This document shows, piece by piece, positions 37,449-51,219 of a DNA stretch of 64,000 nt; the first letter of the stretch is position 1, and each line of letters starts with the position of its first letter. The translations under genes and the position numbers were made by a program. The stretch covers positions 87,732,001 through 87,796,000 of the forward strand of contig NC_086097.1 of the NCBI RefSeq assembly GCF_963921235.1, written 5' to 3'. The DNA is from Mobula hypostoma. Its lineage: Eukaryota. The notes below the pieces were generated by a model, which did no database searches, was not told the DNA's origin, and saw nothing but the letters and a program-made list of their open reading frames with translations.

Positions 37449-39202
37449 AAATTTCAAAAGTTGGCACATCTTAAATAATCCAATTGTAGATTATGAAAAG
37501 TTTTACCTTTTTTAAAAAAAATAACAATTGTTCCATTTGGGGTGAAATCTTGTGCAGACCTTTAAGTGTGAACGGTGACAACACTGTCTAATTTAGTTTG
37601 CTGTCTGGTGACAAAATTTATGCACCGACAACGATTCCAGTTAAAAGCAATGACATGCAGCATCTGAGGATTAATGAACAGGACTGTATATGTTCCAAAC
37701 AAATTGAGAACATGGAGTATTCATGTTACAATGATCATGCTGGTTCCTTGCTCTCCAGCCTCCTTTTGCAGCTCTAACTGGACAGGTCTGTAAGATTAAC
37801 GGTTGAGTACTTACAATGAGTATCTGAATAATTTCAGAATGGCAGTGGTCCTGTGTGTTTAAAATGGTTTCCTATCCTGTGGAGAAGATATTGAATTAAT
37901 AACTTTATTTGAAACATTGTAATCCTGGTTTATCCCTCACTAAAATGTTAATCCAGCAGATTTCCTCCCTTTTATTGGTTTACTCAGCCAGACCACATAT
38001 GGTGCACTGCTATCAGATGTACCTGTAGATAGTTTCAAACAGGTCAAATGCCCAAGGGACAGAGAAAGTGGTAGGGTCCCCCTTGGCTCTGAAAATATGT
38101 ATATTAGTGAGAACAGGCAGTATAAACTGAGAAGGTAGTAAACTGTTGTCAGGGTGGGTAGGAGAAATAAATCCAGTTTGATGGATTCTGTGATTTTTCA
38201 AGTAGAAAAACAAATGAGTCAACTTTCCTGGCAGGTCATGGGGAGACTCATCTGCACTGCTTTAATCATGCAATGATTTATTAGTGATTACTCATCTGCA
38301 GGGGCATTGCCAGGTCTTTTCTAGTCAGGTTCTTGGTTGCTGAAAACCTGATGTGATGTCTGACTTTATTGCAACATTTTGCTGCTACCTTGGCTCCACC
38401 TTTTGTGGCTTAAGTGTGCAGGTTCAATTTGTACCATGACGCTGGAAAACAGAGTCAGCTGTTTAGTGCTAAGCAGTGCTGTGATACCAATTGAGTCACT
38501 AAACTGTAGTCTTGTCTGGTGAGGAGATGGTTCTTGAAGTAACCTAGGTTTGTTTCATTTGGGCCACAGGAGAATTCTGATTTCTTCCTTATTATACAGA
38601 ACAGAATCAACTGGAATCATCTTTTTATTTGCTGTGAGCACTTGTAAGAAGTTTTTGAAATACTTGGGATATTTACAGTATTGATTTTTTTTGAAGTATA
38701 GTACTGTCAAGGATATAATTTTATTCATTTTCAGATCTAATTTTAACTAAATCCTGAACTCTATTTACTTGAGCCTGTTTTGTTTTGTGTGAAGACCTCT
38801 AGTTTGTTTATGGTGAACTTTTTTATAAGTGCAAGATGTTCATATAATTTCCCTGTAAAAGCTGATACTATGACATTGCTCAGGTGTCTGTCAGTTAACT
38901 ACAATTTAATCTGAAACAATTTAAATGTACTGCTTAAATGTAGAACATAGGCATCCTTTTATCATTTGTTCCCTGGATGATTGTGAAGTAAACTTGATGA
39001 AATTTGTTGGTCAGTCCTAATGGACTATTTGAATTATTTGTAAACTTTTTATTAAAAAAAAATTAAGGGGGGACTTCCGGGTCATCAAGGGAGTGGCGGC
39101 GTAAGGAAAAGGTCTCTCGACAAAAAAGAAGGTAAACTGCCCCAAAATCGAATTTAGACAAATACTTAATATTGCATAACTATATTAATAAAAGGGGCAA
39201 GG

Positions 39203-40189
39203 ATGATGTCTAAGAACAAGAATAAAAAGTCCGCTTCGAAGGCTGATAAACATAAAGAGATGCAGCAAGGCGACGGGCCTAGCTCCCCCACGGCAAGCCA
39301 GGACGGAGATAATGAGGGGGAATCGGTGACTCTGTCTTTGATTCTCGGAGAGATTCGCGAGTTCTGACAAGATAACAGCAAACAGCTGGAAGATATTAAA
39401 GGAGAAATAGTAAAAACTAACTCGCGAATAGATGAAGCCGAAGTGAGGATTGTTGGAATTGAAGAGAAGCTACAAAACGCCGAGGAAGTGATAGCAGAAA
39501 TGCTGAAGCTACAAGACCAGCTCCAGTGGAAACTAATAGATCAAGAAGGCCGCTCGAGAAGGGAAAATGTGAGGATCTACGGAGTTCCCGAAGGAACCGA
39601 AGGTAAACCCGGATTGATGATTCCCTTCGTGGAGAAGCTGCTTAGAGAGAACCTTGATATACCGGCCGCAAAAGACCTACAGATAGAAAGGGCTCACCGC
39701 GCGTTGGCACCACAGCCTCCGGCAGGCGCTCAGCCCAGATCGATTCTGATCAGATTTCTCAGTTACAGAACGAAGGAAGAGGTGCTTAAAAGAGCATGGC
39801 AAAAGAAAGGTTTCATGTGGAACAACTGCAAAATCAGTTTAGAAAACGACTACACACCGGGGATTCTTGCCAGACGGAAGGAATATACGGAAACATGGAG
39901 AGTCCTGAAGGAAAACAACATCAGATTCCAGACCCTGTATCCAGCTCGGCTGAGAGTCTTTTACGACGAAGGGACAAAAACTTACGCTACGGTGGAGGAG
40001 GCAACGTTGGACCTGGCGGACCGGGGACTACCTATTAAAGTTATCACCCAACCGGAGTGGCTACTGGAGGGGATTCGGCAGAAGTCATGGCAGTTAGTGG
40101 GGCGAGGACGCTCCACTCGAACCAGAGTGTCAAACTACAAGGAAAAGCTGCAAATATTCAGACGCGAATGTACAGAGAATACAGATTAA
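39203..40189 (+). pseudogene. L1 ORF1 (coiled coil + RRM/CTD) with one premature stop
   Basis: EGRSRRENVRIYGVPEG, IERAHR, PRSILIRF, YPARL; in-frame TGA at 39365-39367. Confidence 0.9.
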
Positions 40190-40551
40190 TTAAGAGAAAT
40201 GACTGAAAAGAGTAAATCGGACTTAAAAGTAAAATGAAAACTGGTAACTGAAAATAAACTAGGCCGAATAACTTGAATGATAGCAATATGGTCGAGACAT
40301 AAATAGGAGAAAATTCTCTATGATTATTCAAACTGCTGAGGGCCCTCTAACACAGGGTGAAGATAGAGGTTATCCCTCTGAACTGAGGCGGGTCGGTGCT
40401 CAGGCCTCACTGTGGGAAGTCGGGAAAAATTTTCAAATGTTATACGTTCAGAAATGTCTAGGGTGTGGTTATATGTCTTGGTTTACTGTTGAGAAGGAAT
40501 TGCTTACTGTTTGGTTAGAAAAGGAGAGTGCTTTTTTTCTACTAGAGAAAA

Positions 40552-43500
40552 ATGCAAACTGAATTGGTAAAAATAATTTCCTATAATGTTAATGGGGTTT
40601 TGAATCCAATTAAAAGAAATAAGATTATGTCTAAATTGAAAAAAGAGAGGGCACAAATAGCTTTCCTCCAGGAAACACATATGAGCCAATCTGAACATGG
40701 AAAATTAAAAAGAATGGGCTTTAAGCATGTATTTTATTCATCATATAAATTGAGTCACAAAAGAGGGGTAGCTACTTTAATATCAAGTACTCTTAATTAT
40801 GAACATATTTCAGAGACTAGAGACAAAGAAGGACGGTTTGTAAAAATCACAGGAAGAATAGAAGGTACAGAAATAACATTGCTGAATGTTTATGCTCCTC
40901 CAGGTAGTGAATGGTCATTTTATAGACACATTTTTGACCTAATGGTCAGTTCTCGAGGGGTAGTAATTTGTGGAGGGGATTTTAATATTAGATTAAATCC
41001 TATATTAGATTCTTCAAGAACAGTTACTCAGAATAAACCTCTGACTCGGAAAGTGAATTCATTGATGGAGGAGTTGGGAATTATAGATGTCTGGAGGGAA
41101 TTACACCCTACTAGTAAAGATTATACATATTACTCTTTCCCTCATTCAGCCTATTCAAGGATAGACTATTTCTTTATCTTTAATACAGATAGACTCAGGA
41201 TAAAAAACTGTAATATTGCAACAATTGATCTGTCGGATCATAGCCCAGTCTCTATGTCTCTAATCCTGGAAAGGAAAATGAGGAAAACACTATGGAGGCT
41301 AAACTCACATATACTCAATAACCCGAAAGTAATGGAGAGATTAAGGGGAGAAATCAAAGAATATCTAGACCTTAATGACACGGGAGAAACATCACCAGTG
41401 ATTTTATGGGATACATTGAAAGCTGTACTGAGAGGGAAAATTATTTCCATTACTACTCACATGAAAAAAATCAATGCACAAAAATTAGCAGACCTTCAAG
41501 GAAAATTAAAACAACTTCAAGTTGTAGATAGCAACCAAAGTAATTCAAATCGAAAACAGGAAATTAGGAAATTGCAAAGTGAAATTGATGATATTTATAC
41601 GTTGGAAACTCAAAGAAATTTTCTTTAGCTGAGACAAAAGAATTATGAAGTAGGAGGTAAATCAGCTAGATTATTAGCATATAAATTACGAAAACAACAA
41701 GCAGACAATACAATTCATAAAATAAAAAATCCAAAGACAAAGCTTGTGGAGAGTACAATAGGGAAAATTCAAGAGAGTTTTGAAACATATTATCGAGAGC
41801 TGTACTCCCAACCCCGGGCCCCCAATGAGCCCTATATAGACAGTGTATTGAATTTTTTAGATCTACCTAAACTTACAGATTTACAAAATGAAAGTTTATT
41901 AGAACCAGTAACTGTCAAAGAACTGAACGTGGCCATCTCTAGGTTAAAGGCTGGAAAGTCCCCGGGTTCTGATGGGTTTACCTCAGAGTGGTACAAGTCC
42001 CTGAAGACACAGTTAGCCCCATTACTACTTAACTCCTTTAATTGGATCTTGCAGAGAGGAGAAACTCCACCTTCCTGGAGAGAAGCGATTATTTCAGTTA
42101 TTCCTAAAGAGGGTAAAGATAAACTAGAATGTGGCAATTATCGGCCAATTAGTGTTCTTAATTTAGATTGCAAACTATTTACATCTATATTAGCGCGCAG
42201 ATTGGAAAAGCTTGTACCTGGCCTAATCCATTTAGACCAGACTGGATTTATTCAACAAAGACAAACACAGGACAACATAAGGAGAACTCTGCACATATTA
42301 GAACAGGTTAATAAGAACGAGACAGAGACAATGGTAGTAGGATTGGACGCTGAGAAAGCTTTTGATTCGGTTAGTTGTGCATTCCTATACAGAGTGTTAG
42401 GAAGATTCGGCTTTCAAGAAAGGTTTATTCAAGTAATTCAGACTCTATATGACAGCCCTACAGCCCGAATTAAGATAAATGGGGACCTCTCTGACTCCTT
42501 CATTTTAGAGAGAGGCACTAGACAGGGATGCCCAATTTCTCCTCTCCTTTTTGCGCTATATATTGAACCACTTGCCCAACTAATAAGACAGAGCAAAATC
42601 GTAAAAGGTATCAAGGTGGCAGGGATTGAACAGAAAGTGGCGTTATTCGCAGATGATGTTTTGGTCTATCTGAGTGAACCAGAAAAATCATTTATAGGAT
42701 TGTTTACACTGTTGGATGACTTTGGGAAAATATCAGGTTATAAAATAAATGTAAAGAAAACGCAGGTTATGTCCCTAAATTATACACCATCCAAAAAATT
42801 GCAGGATACATACGATCTTAAGTGGGAAGCTAAATCATTAAAATATTTAGGAATAACCCTGCCGAAGGATCTTTCAACACTGTCACAGGTAAATTATGGG
42901 CCATTAATCTCAGAGATAAAAGCAGATATGCACAGATGGAATCTTATCCCCTTTTTAAGTTTAAATTCAAGGATAAATACTATAAAAATGAATATTCTTC
43001 CTCGGTTATTATATCGTTTCCGTACTTTACCAGTGGAGGTGGATGATAATCAATTCAGGGAATGGGACAAATGGATTTCCCGTTTCATTTGGCAAGGAAG
43101 GAAACCTAGAATTCGATATAACACCTTACAGTTAGGGAAGGAAGGAGGAGGTATGGTTCTTCCTTGCCTGAGAAATTATTTTTATGCCTCACAGATAACC
43201 CCTCTGTTATATTGGTGTAATAGGGAATATAAGGCTAGATGGAAGGAAATAGAATTTGGATTAGTTGACAGTTTTCCTCTTCAGGCCTCAATAGCTGACA
43301 AAGGATTGATGGCCCAGTTGGAAAAATTTAATAATGCTTGGATAAATCTTACATTAAAAGTATGGCAGAAGGTGGTTAATTCATGTGGAATTAATAACAT
43401 GTTAAAACTCTTTAGATGGTGTGCATATGATACCGAATTCCTTCCCAACAGAGGAGATAAAAGATTTGAGCTATGGATAAAGAAAGGTCTTACAACTTAC

Positions 43501-44344
43501 CTCTGATTTATAGATAAAAGAGTATTACAAAGTTTCCAAATCCTGCAGGACAAACATGGCCTAGAACATAATGACTTTTTTAGGTACCTTCAAATACGAA
43601 ACTATGTTAACCAGAGTTGTAGATATACAGACCTATATATCAAGAGTAGAATTAGAATTTTTCAAGATTCTGAATTCGGCTTGCAGTTCAATACCTAGTA
43701 AATCAGTTTCTCGCCTATATAATGCACTCTCCCATGCTAAAAATGTAAATACACTGTATATTAAAGAGAAGTGGGAGAAAGAAGCGGGGTTGGTACTTTC
43801 AGAGGAGGCTTGGGGGAAAATCTGCAGCTTTCAATGGTCCTCGACTAATTCTTTGACTTGGAGAGAACATTGTTGGAAAAACATTATAAGATACTTCAAG
43901 ACCCCATATCAGGAAAAATATAAAGATACAAATGTGATGTGTTGGAGAAGGTGCGGCTCCAAGGAGGCAAATCATTTTCATATTTTCTGGGATTGCCCTA
44001 GATTAAGTCTATTTTGGGAAGGTATTCATAGAACATTAGTTAAGGTACTTAGGTCCCAGATACCTCTGAACTTTGAGACGCTCTATTTGGGGCATGTATT
44101 GTTCCTTGAACAGAAGGAAGATATAAAGTTGCTGCAGGCCCTCTTAGCGGCAAGTAAGAAATCAATCACTAGAAAATGGCTAAATCCAATACCACCTACA
44201 TTAGAAGATTGGTACGAAATTATCTTGGAAATATTTAAAATGGAAAAGTTGACTTACTCCCTGAGAACTCAAAAAGAAACATTTTATCAAATCTGGAATA
44301 AATGGATTGAATATATAACCCCAATGCGAGCAGACTTTAGATGA
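40552..44344 (+). pseudogene. L1 ORF2 (APE endonuclease, RT, CCHC knuckle) with two stops and one frameshift
   Basis: SYNVNG, FLQETH, GGDFN, SRIDY, SDH; KSPGSDG, RGTRQGCPISP, LFADD; CWRRC...HIFWDC; stops at 41626 and 43504; frameshift at the TATATA run near 43635. Confidence 0.92.
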
Positions 44345-45717
44345 CTCTCCTAATGATTTATATTGCTCTTCTCATCAACACAGTAATATTGCTAACGTAA
44401 GCACCCCTAGTCTAAATGTTTGTTTTTTTTTTGAAAAATAGAGAATTAACACAAGTAAAGGAAAGATTTGGGAAAGGGATAAAAAAAAATGAAAAAATTA
44501 AGTAAGTAAGTACATAGGGATTGGATAATTATGTCTGCGGGCAGGAACAAGCACGAACAAATTGGGATATAAACACCTACAATGGTTGGTATATAGGCTT
44601 GTATGCAACATTTTGGACCAGTGGAAATGGTCCAGAAGGGTTGTATGGAACTATTATTACCATTTTTCTTAACAACTAATTTCATTACTTAGCCTAATAG
44701 GTTGGATTTACCACAGTACATAATTATCTATTTAAACGTTTATTTTCCTTTTATATCATCTCAATGTGTACTTAATGTATAAATAATTGTAGTTTTATAC
44801 ATATAAAAAAATGGAAAAGGTTATATGTGTGAAAAAAGTACATGATAATTGTGAATTCCTTATCCAAATAAAAATAAAATTAAAAAAAAAATTAAGAATC
44901 TCAGAGTTAGAAAGGGACTAGAGTCACCTATGACTAGACCAAGTTGGTGGAATTGGTCCTTACAACAATCTGTAAATTCAATTTTTTTTCTTCTTGTAAG
45001 CCTCTTCTCAAAATTTACAGAGGTGGGAATTGAACTCATGACCTCTCATTTGCTGAATGTTTGTCTTCAGTGCTACATAATTTAAGTTGTGCAATGTTTC
45101 ATTCCATGGTTTCTTATCTCTCTCATTCTGTCATACTAGAATGAGCAGCCTTTATTCCTGTTAACATAACACTAGAATTGTGGTGTCATAGTTGTGCATT
45201 TAACAGGAACAGTAATACACCCATTAAAGGTATCTTGTTGATTCCAACATTGCTTTTAATTTCTTATATTTTCCCTTCTTCAACTATTGGACTTTTTATC
45301 ATAGGCTATTGCCATGTTGTTGTTACCCTGCCCACATCATTGTTTGCATGATTCATCATTTTCTGGTGGGTTTCTTGATTGGGTGTGTGTTGTGCTCTGT
45401 TGGGCAATGTCACATATTGAGCTCATAGGTTTGCTTCCTGGTTTTATCTGAAATGAATCATATTACAGATATATTTCCTTTGAAACTGAGGGGAGTTCAA
45501 TGACTCATAGAAAACACCTGCATATAGGGATGGGTTTGGTTGAATGAGAGGATTTTCACTGTGCATGGAACTGTATATTAGCCTGAAACCTCATCCATGT
45601 GACAGGGGTATATTTCGGGCCATCATTTTGTATTGATTGTAGAAATAGGAATTTGAGTGGACGGAGGGTTGTCACTGAATTGGGCAGCTTCTGAAGGGAA
45701 AATACATACACGCATTG

Positions 45718-45787
45718 AGACACACACACACACACAGTCTCGCGCACTCTTGCTCTCTTGCCCCCTCTCTCCCTCCCGCTCGCTCGC

Positions 45788-45837
<50 letters not shown>

Positions 45838-45865
45838 ACTCTCTCTCTGTCACTCTCTCTATCAC
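45718..45865. repeat. (CA)n and (CT)n microsatellites
   Basis: Directly visible dinucleotide runs. Confidence 0.9.
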
Positions 45866-46890
45866 TCCACCGTCTCGCAGAAACTTTGTAAAATGCTCCC
45901 CTTCAAGTTGGAATTCAGGTATCATCTTTGGCTGTCATTCATTCCATGCATCCCTTTTCCTTCTGGTATTCATTTCCATCTTCTGTTCTAAACTTTTTCT
46001 TATCTCCTCTGTTCGTTGGGGGGAACCTTCCTAACATGGAATCTGACTTTATTTTTTCAAAAAGGCATGCTTTGAATACACAGTGTGACAAAAAGTCTCG
46101 TCTTTGTTTAACTGTGCCACATGATTTCGAGGTAAAACACTATCTAAATTGTAAACTGAATTTCAGAATTACAGGGGAGGTAATGTCTGTGGGGGGGGGG
46201 AGGAAGTGATCAGTACATCAGGTTGATAATCTTTATCAGAATATTTGATGAATGATCAACATGATGAAACATAACTCTTTCTTCCCTCAGATGCTGCTCA
46301 ACCTTCTGAGTAGTTACAGCATTTCTGATTATTTCATATTTCTAATGTCTGCAACTTAAAAAAATATTTGAGCAATGGATAAGACTTAACTTTTATAGAA
46401 GTTATATATTACTTTTATTGGCTCCAATTATTTGTAAAATTCAGCAGGCAAATTAATTTTGAGGGAGTGGGGTAGAGAATTAGTTGGAAACCAGAACAGC
46501 TGCAGAACAGCAATGTATCACAGGAGAATGCAGACATACAGTACCGGCTGTGGTCACGGCTGGACTCAGATCATTGGAGCTGTAAGGCAGCAGCACTATC
46601 TGCTGCAGAACTGTGCCACTCATAAAGTATATTTCATGTGATCAGACTTGATATTGTGGAATCGACACGGGTTTCCAATACATGTTGAGCTTTGAGCATT
46701 AAGGTGTACCACTTCTGATGGAAGACATCAACTGTTATTTCTGGGATTCTCCCTCAACAGAAGCTGAGCGCCTTGCTATGTGTTTCTAGTACTTAATGTT
46801 TTTGTGAATTTCTGATGCTTATGCCATTCTGATATTATTTAGATGTTTCAAATTGCTTCTCATAATAGTAAGTAGAACAAAATAACCAAC

Positions 46891-46913
46891 GCATCTTTTC
46901 TTTTTCTTTTCAG
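46891..46913 (+). promoter_or_regulatory. Splice acceptor of the SIPA1L1 ATG-containing exon (exon about 46914-48698)
   Basis: Polypyrimidine tract TCTTTTCTTTTTCTTTT followed by CAG at 46911-46913, 263 nt upstream of the ATG. Confidence 0.75.
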
Positions 46914-47176
46914 ATTTTTTTTCAAGCCATGTCAATTAAATAATTTGTAAATTCCATATTGTGAATATGCCAAGTGGATCATCAGAGGGAAGCTTTACAG
47001 ATTACAAACAGCTCAAAAATGTGTACATTTGAAAATTATACCACAGAACGTAATAACTAATGGATTACTAACCTTCAAGTGGACTTGTTTGGAAGTCGCT
47101 CTCGTGGAGATTCATACTTAATGAAAGAAATGGTCGTATATTTAGTGAAAGCTGTTGTGAGAAACCAGCGTGGAGT

Positions 47177-48698
47177 ATGACCAGTTTAAAACGTTCCCAG
47201 ACTGAAAGGGTGGGCATTGGTGCCACTTCAGTTATTGGGCCTGAGCTGACCATAGGTGCACGCTCAGATGACTTCTATGCACGAAGATTCCGAACGCCAA
47301 ATGGTACCTTTGGTTCAGCCAGTACAATGGGGCCACCACGAAGTGAAAGTGCTCATCATGTTGGTGCAACACCAAGTGTGCCTAAAATGGGTGTTCGAGC
47401 AAGAATTGCTGATTGGCCTCCGAGGAAAGACACTGGGAAGGACTCTTGTAGGACAAGTGATCAGGAATCTGCAGGCAGTCCCGATGGCACAGTGATGTCT
47501 ATCCACTCCAGTAGCCCCAATAGTAGGATGAGCCAAAGTAATCAAAATTCATTAGAGTCTTTGGCTTCCAAGAGGGTGCATAATGATTATAGACCGTGCA
47601 AGGCACAAGAAATGGAGAACTTGGATTCTAGGTTTCTTACACCAGATAGTTACCTCCAGTCCCCTGCAAAGAACCTTCGCAGGATAAGACAGCGGAGTAA
47701 TAGTGATATCACAATCAGTGAACTGGATGTGGATGGAGCTGAGGAGTATGGAGCATTGAGTCACAAAATGGGAGCTGCTATTCACCGCGAGTATGGCAGT
47801 ACTTCCTCCATTGACAAACATGGTATGTCAGGTGATAGTTTTTTTGATTTATTAAAGGGTTATAGAAATGAGCAGACAGATCAACGAAGCCCTGCTCCAG
47901 AGCAACTCAATGAACTCCTAAAGGCAGAAACCAGTAAAGTTTATGGTTCAAGTATGGATAGTGCTAAACATGATTCGGTGGATGGTTTCTTTGCACACAG
48001 AGGGAGTCCCAGGCCACTGCACAAAGAAAGAGAGAAACCACTTAAGAGGCGGTCAAAATCCGAGACGGGGGATTCTTCTATTTTCCGCAAGTTGCGCAAT
48101 GCCAAAGGGGAGAGCGAACTGGGCAAGTCAGCAGACTTCGAGGACAGCAAGTCAGAGGACAGCGTGAAGAGCTGGGCTTGCCAGAAATGCTTTGCCCATT
48201 ATGACGTGCAGAGTGTGCTCTTTGACTTGAATGAAGCTGCAGCGACCAGGCACAGTGTTATTAAGAGAAGGAACACCACAACAGGTGCCTCAGCAGCTGC
48301 AGCGGCCTCACTGGCTGCTGGTCCACTTGCGCACTCGATCAGTTTCAGCTCTCCTGCAGGCAGCACAGAGGACCTGAACTCCAAGGAGAATCTCAATGTG
48401 GACTACGGGGATGAGAAAAGCAATGAACTTGTGCTGAGTTGCTCGTACTTCCGGAATGAGATTGGTGGAGAAGGAGAACGCAAGATCAGCCTATCTCGTT
48501 CAAATTCTGGATCACTGAGTGGACTTGAAGGCTCTTCTTTTGAACTTTCCTTAAGCTCACATTGTACAAATGCAGGAGTTGCTGTGCTGGAGGTAGCAAA
48601 GGAAAACTTGGCTGTGCATTCTGACAAAGTGAAGAGATATATTGTGGAACACGTAGACCTTGGAGCTTACTACTATCGGAAGTACTTCTACCAGAAAG
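47177..48698 (+). CDS. SIPA1L1: Signal-induced proliferation-associated 1-like protein 1 (SPAR1), first coding exon; CDS continues in downstream exons not found in this window
   Basis: Translation matches the recognisable SIPA1L1 N-terminus: [90 protein letters not shown]. Similarity ends at a phase-1 donor CAGAAAG|GTAAAG (48698/48699). The ORF-track tail after 48698 is intron read-through. Confidence 0.95.
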
Positions 48699-49424
48699 GT
48701 AAAGTGCTGATTAATTGTGTCACTAATTTTGGATATTATTGTTACTAAACATCAGACCACTGATGGGGTGAGAGACTTCATCAGTAGGGTTGATCGGATT
48801 GCAGAACAGATTTTGGACAAATATATTCTGTGCATCTGAAGAGGAGAGTTTTAAAATATAGTTGGAGAAGTGAACAGCTATGATGTAAATACATTTCTAA
48901 TAATGCATTTTCTTGGAATAAAATACTTTTATGACTTTGTAAGCCACAATCTGTCAGAAAGTGTCACTTGTCAAGAGCCATGTTTGGTGCTGATGCTTTA
49001 AACAATTAGCAGCACAAAGGGAAGACCAGTCCTTGTTGGCCTTGGAAGGCCAACATGTGACCATGTTGGCTCACAAATGAACTACAAGCCTAATATCCAT
49101 GTCAAATATTATTAAAACCTTGAACAAGTAACTCTCATCAGACATGGCCAATAAATTAGATAAGTGACAGCACTGTATTCGTAATCAAACTTGTTCAATA
49201 TTTCAGCACCTAGAAAGTTATACTGTATAATATAATTTCCTAAATTCAGACATAAATAATGATGACTGGCAACACTACTGGGCAGCACTGATTTCTTCAT
49301 CCCTCTGGCTGAATACCATTCTGTGACTTTTCTTCCACACAAACGCTCTTTAGTTCCCTCTTAACCAGTGGAATCCATTGTTTCATTACTCTTGGAATAT
49401 TGCAGAGATTGAATTGTAATCAGA

Positions 49425-50440
49425 TTCTTTGACTCAAGGCCTGTGACTAGTGGGGTGTCCCAGAAGTCAATGTTGTAACCTCTGTTTCGTTATTCATGAG
49501 CATGATTTTGATATGAATGTACCCAGCACAATTGGCAAGTTTGCAGGTAATTCTAAATGGGGGGGGGGGGCATGTTGCTAGAGAATTACAATAAATTACA
49601 AAGAGATCTTGATCAGTTGGAGGGAGGGTTGAGGAATGGCAAATGGATTTCAACTTGGAATAGTATGAGTTAATACACCTTGAACGTTCAAACTAAGGTT
49701 TGACTTGTTCAGTGAATGGCAGGACACTGACGAAAAGTTGTGGAACAGAGGGACATGGGAGTACACGTGCACGGTTTGCTGAAAGCAGCCGTGTAAATAG
49801 ACCGGTTGGGTAAAAAGGCATTTAGCGTGCTGGCCTCCCATCTTAAGGGCACCAGCTTTAGGAGTAGGTACTGTACAGTTATGCAAGTCATTGGGTGAGA
49901 CTGCACTTGGAGTAATGTGTACAGTTCCATCATCCTGTTATAGGAAAAACATTGTCAAGCTGGAGAGGATGCAGAAAAGATTTACTAAGGTGCTGCCTAG
50001 ATGAGAAGGCCTGAATAATAGGTCTTGTTGGTCACACTGGATCTTTAGTTCTTGGAAGCTGGGAGAATGAGAGGTGACCTCAAAGAAGTGTGTAAAATCT
50101 GGAGAGGTATGAATGAGCTGGGTGGTCATAATATTTCCCCTATGCTTTGGGAGTCCATAACTAGAAGGCACAGATACAAGATGGGAGGCGAGAGATTTAG
50201 AAGAGGCCTGAGAGGTAGCCAAGAGTAGTGAGTACCTGGAGTGAGCTGCCAGTGGAAGTGGTTGTGACAGGTACATTTACAACATTTAAGAGTTTTAATT
50301 AGATAGGTATGTGGAGGGGTAAGGCTGGTGGATTATGGGCCTAATGCGGGCAACCAAGATTAGCAGGGAGAATGTTGTAGTTGGTATGGACCCTTTGGGC
50401 TGAAGGGCCTGTTTTGGTGTTGTATTACTCTATGAATCTA
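49425..50440 (+). mobile_element. Old degenerate CR1 LINE 3' half
   Basis: GTGACTAGTGGGGTG, GGAACAGAGGGAC.TGGGAGTACA, GAGGATGCAGAAAAGATTTAC, GGGCTGAAGGGCCTGTT tail region. Confidence 0.75.
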
Positions 50441-51137
50441 CAACATTCATCCCTGGGGTAATCTTATTTAAAATAAAAGTAGATTTGGCCATTCTGACAC
50501 CGCTGTTTAGAATCATACATCATAGAAATGTGTTTTTGGCTGAGCAAATCTACGCCAACTCTAATCCAGTTTATTCTTCCCCACATTCCCATCAATCCAC
50601 TCCAAGTTTTACCTGCGTATGGAAGTTTGTCAAGTGCAATCAGTTGCTAAATTTGTACACACCTCAGTTACAAATGCTCAACCCTTTGTAGCTATGTCAC
50701 CTTGATTGAGATTCACCCACTACTGATAAAGATCCCAATATCTATCCTATCAAGCCTCCCTGGGTCATCCATGTTTGAATAAGGTAATTCCTCCTCCTCC
50801 TAAACTCCAATGAAAATGAGCTCAAAAATCTCTTAGCACTGTTTAGGCATAATATATAGTCTTCAGAATTTTCCAGCATAGGAGCAGGATATGTGGCACT
50901 TCATGACCATGCTAGTCAACACAGAGATATTCATGCTCTTCTATTGGGCCTTCCAACTCCCTTATGTTTCCTCCTCCCATCTCTGACTGCTTTGCCCACT
51001 GGACTTGCCTGCTGCACTATCTACATGTGCTTTTCTCTCTCCTCCTGCTACACTGTCATCCCACCTCCCCCATAGCCATCCCCACCACCACCACTACTGC
51101 ATGCACCTATGTTTCATAATAAGTCTACCATCAGGGA

Positions 51138-51138
<1 letters not shown>

Positions 51139-51191
<53 letters not shown>
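51139..51191. repeat. (CA)n microsatellite
   Basis: Uninterrupted CA run. Confidence 0.95.
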
Positions 51192-51194
<3 letters not shown>

Positions 51195-51219
51195 CTCCTC
51201 TCTCCCCCCCTCCCCCTCT

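Larger units (their letters stand above)
39068..44896 (+). mobile_element. Full-length L1-clade LINE with ~17-bp TSD
   Basis: 5' GGGGGACTTCCGG; ORF1 + ORF2; AATAAA/A-rich 3' end; TSD ATT(A)9-10TTAAG at 39051-39067 and about 44879-44896. Confidence 0.95.

Noticed and set aside
45657..46034. Ser/Leu-repeat ORFs
   Set aside because: Translation of the (CT)n microsatellite
48699..48748. C-terminal [16 protein letters not shown] of the 523-aa ORF as a real protein end
   Set aside because: It begins exactly at a canonical GT donor where SIPA1L1 similarity stops, so it is intron read-through
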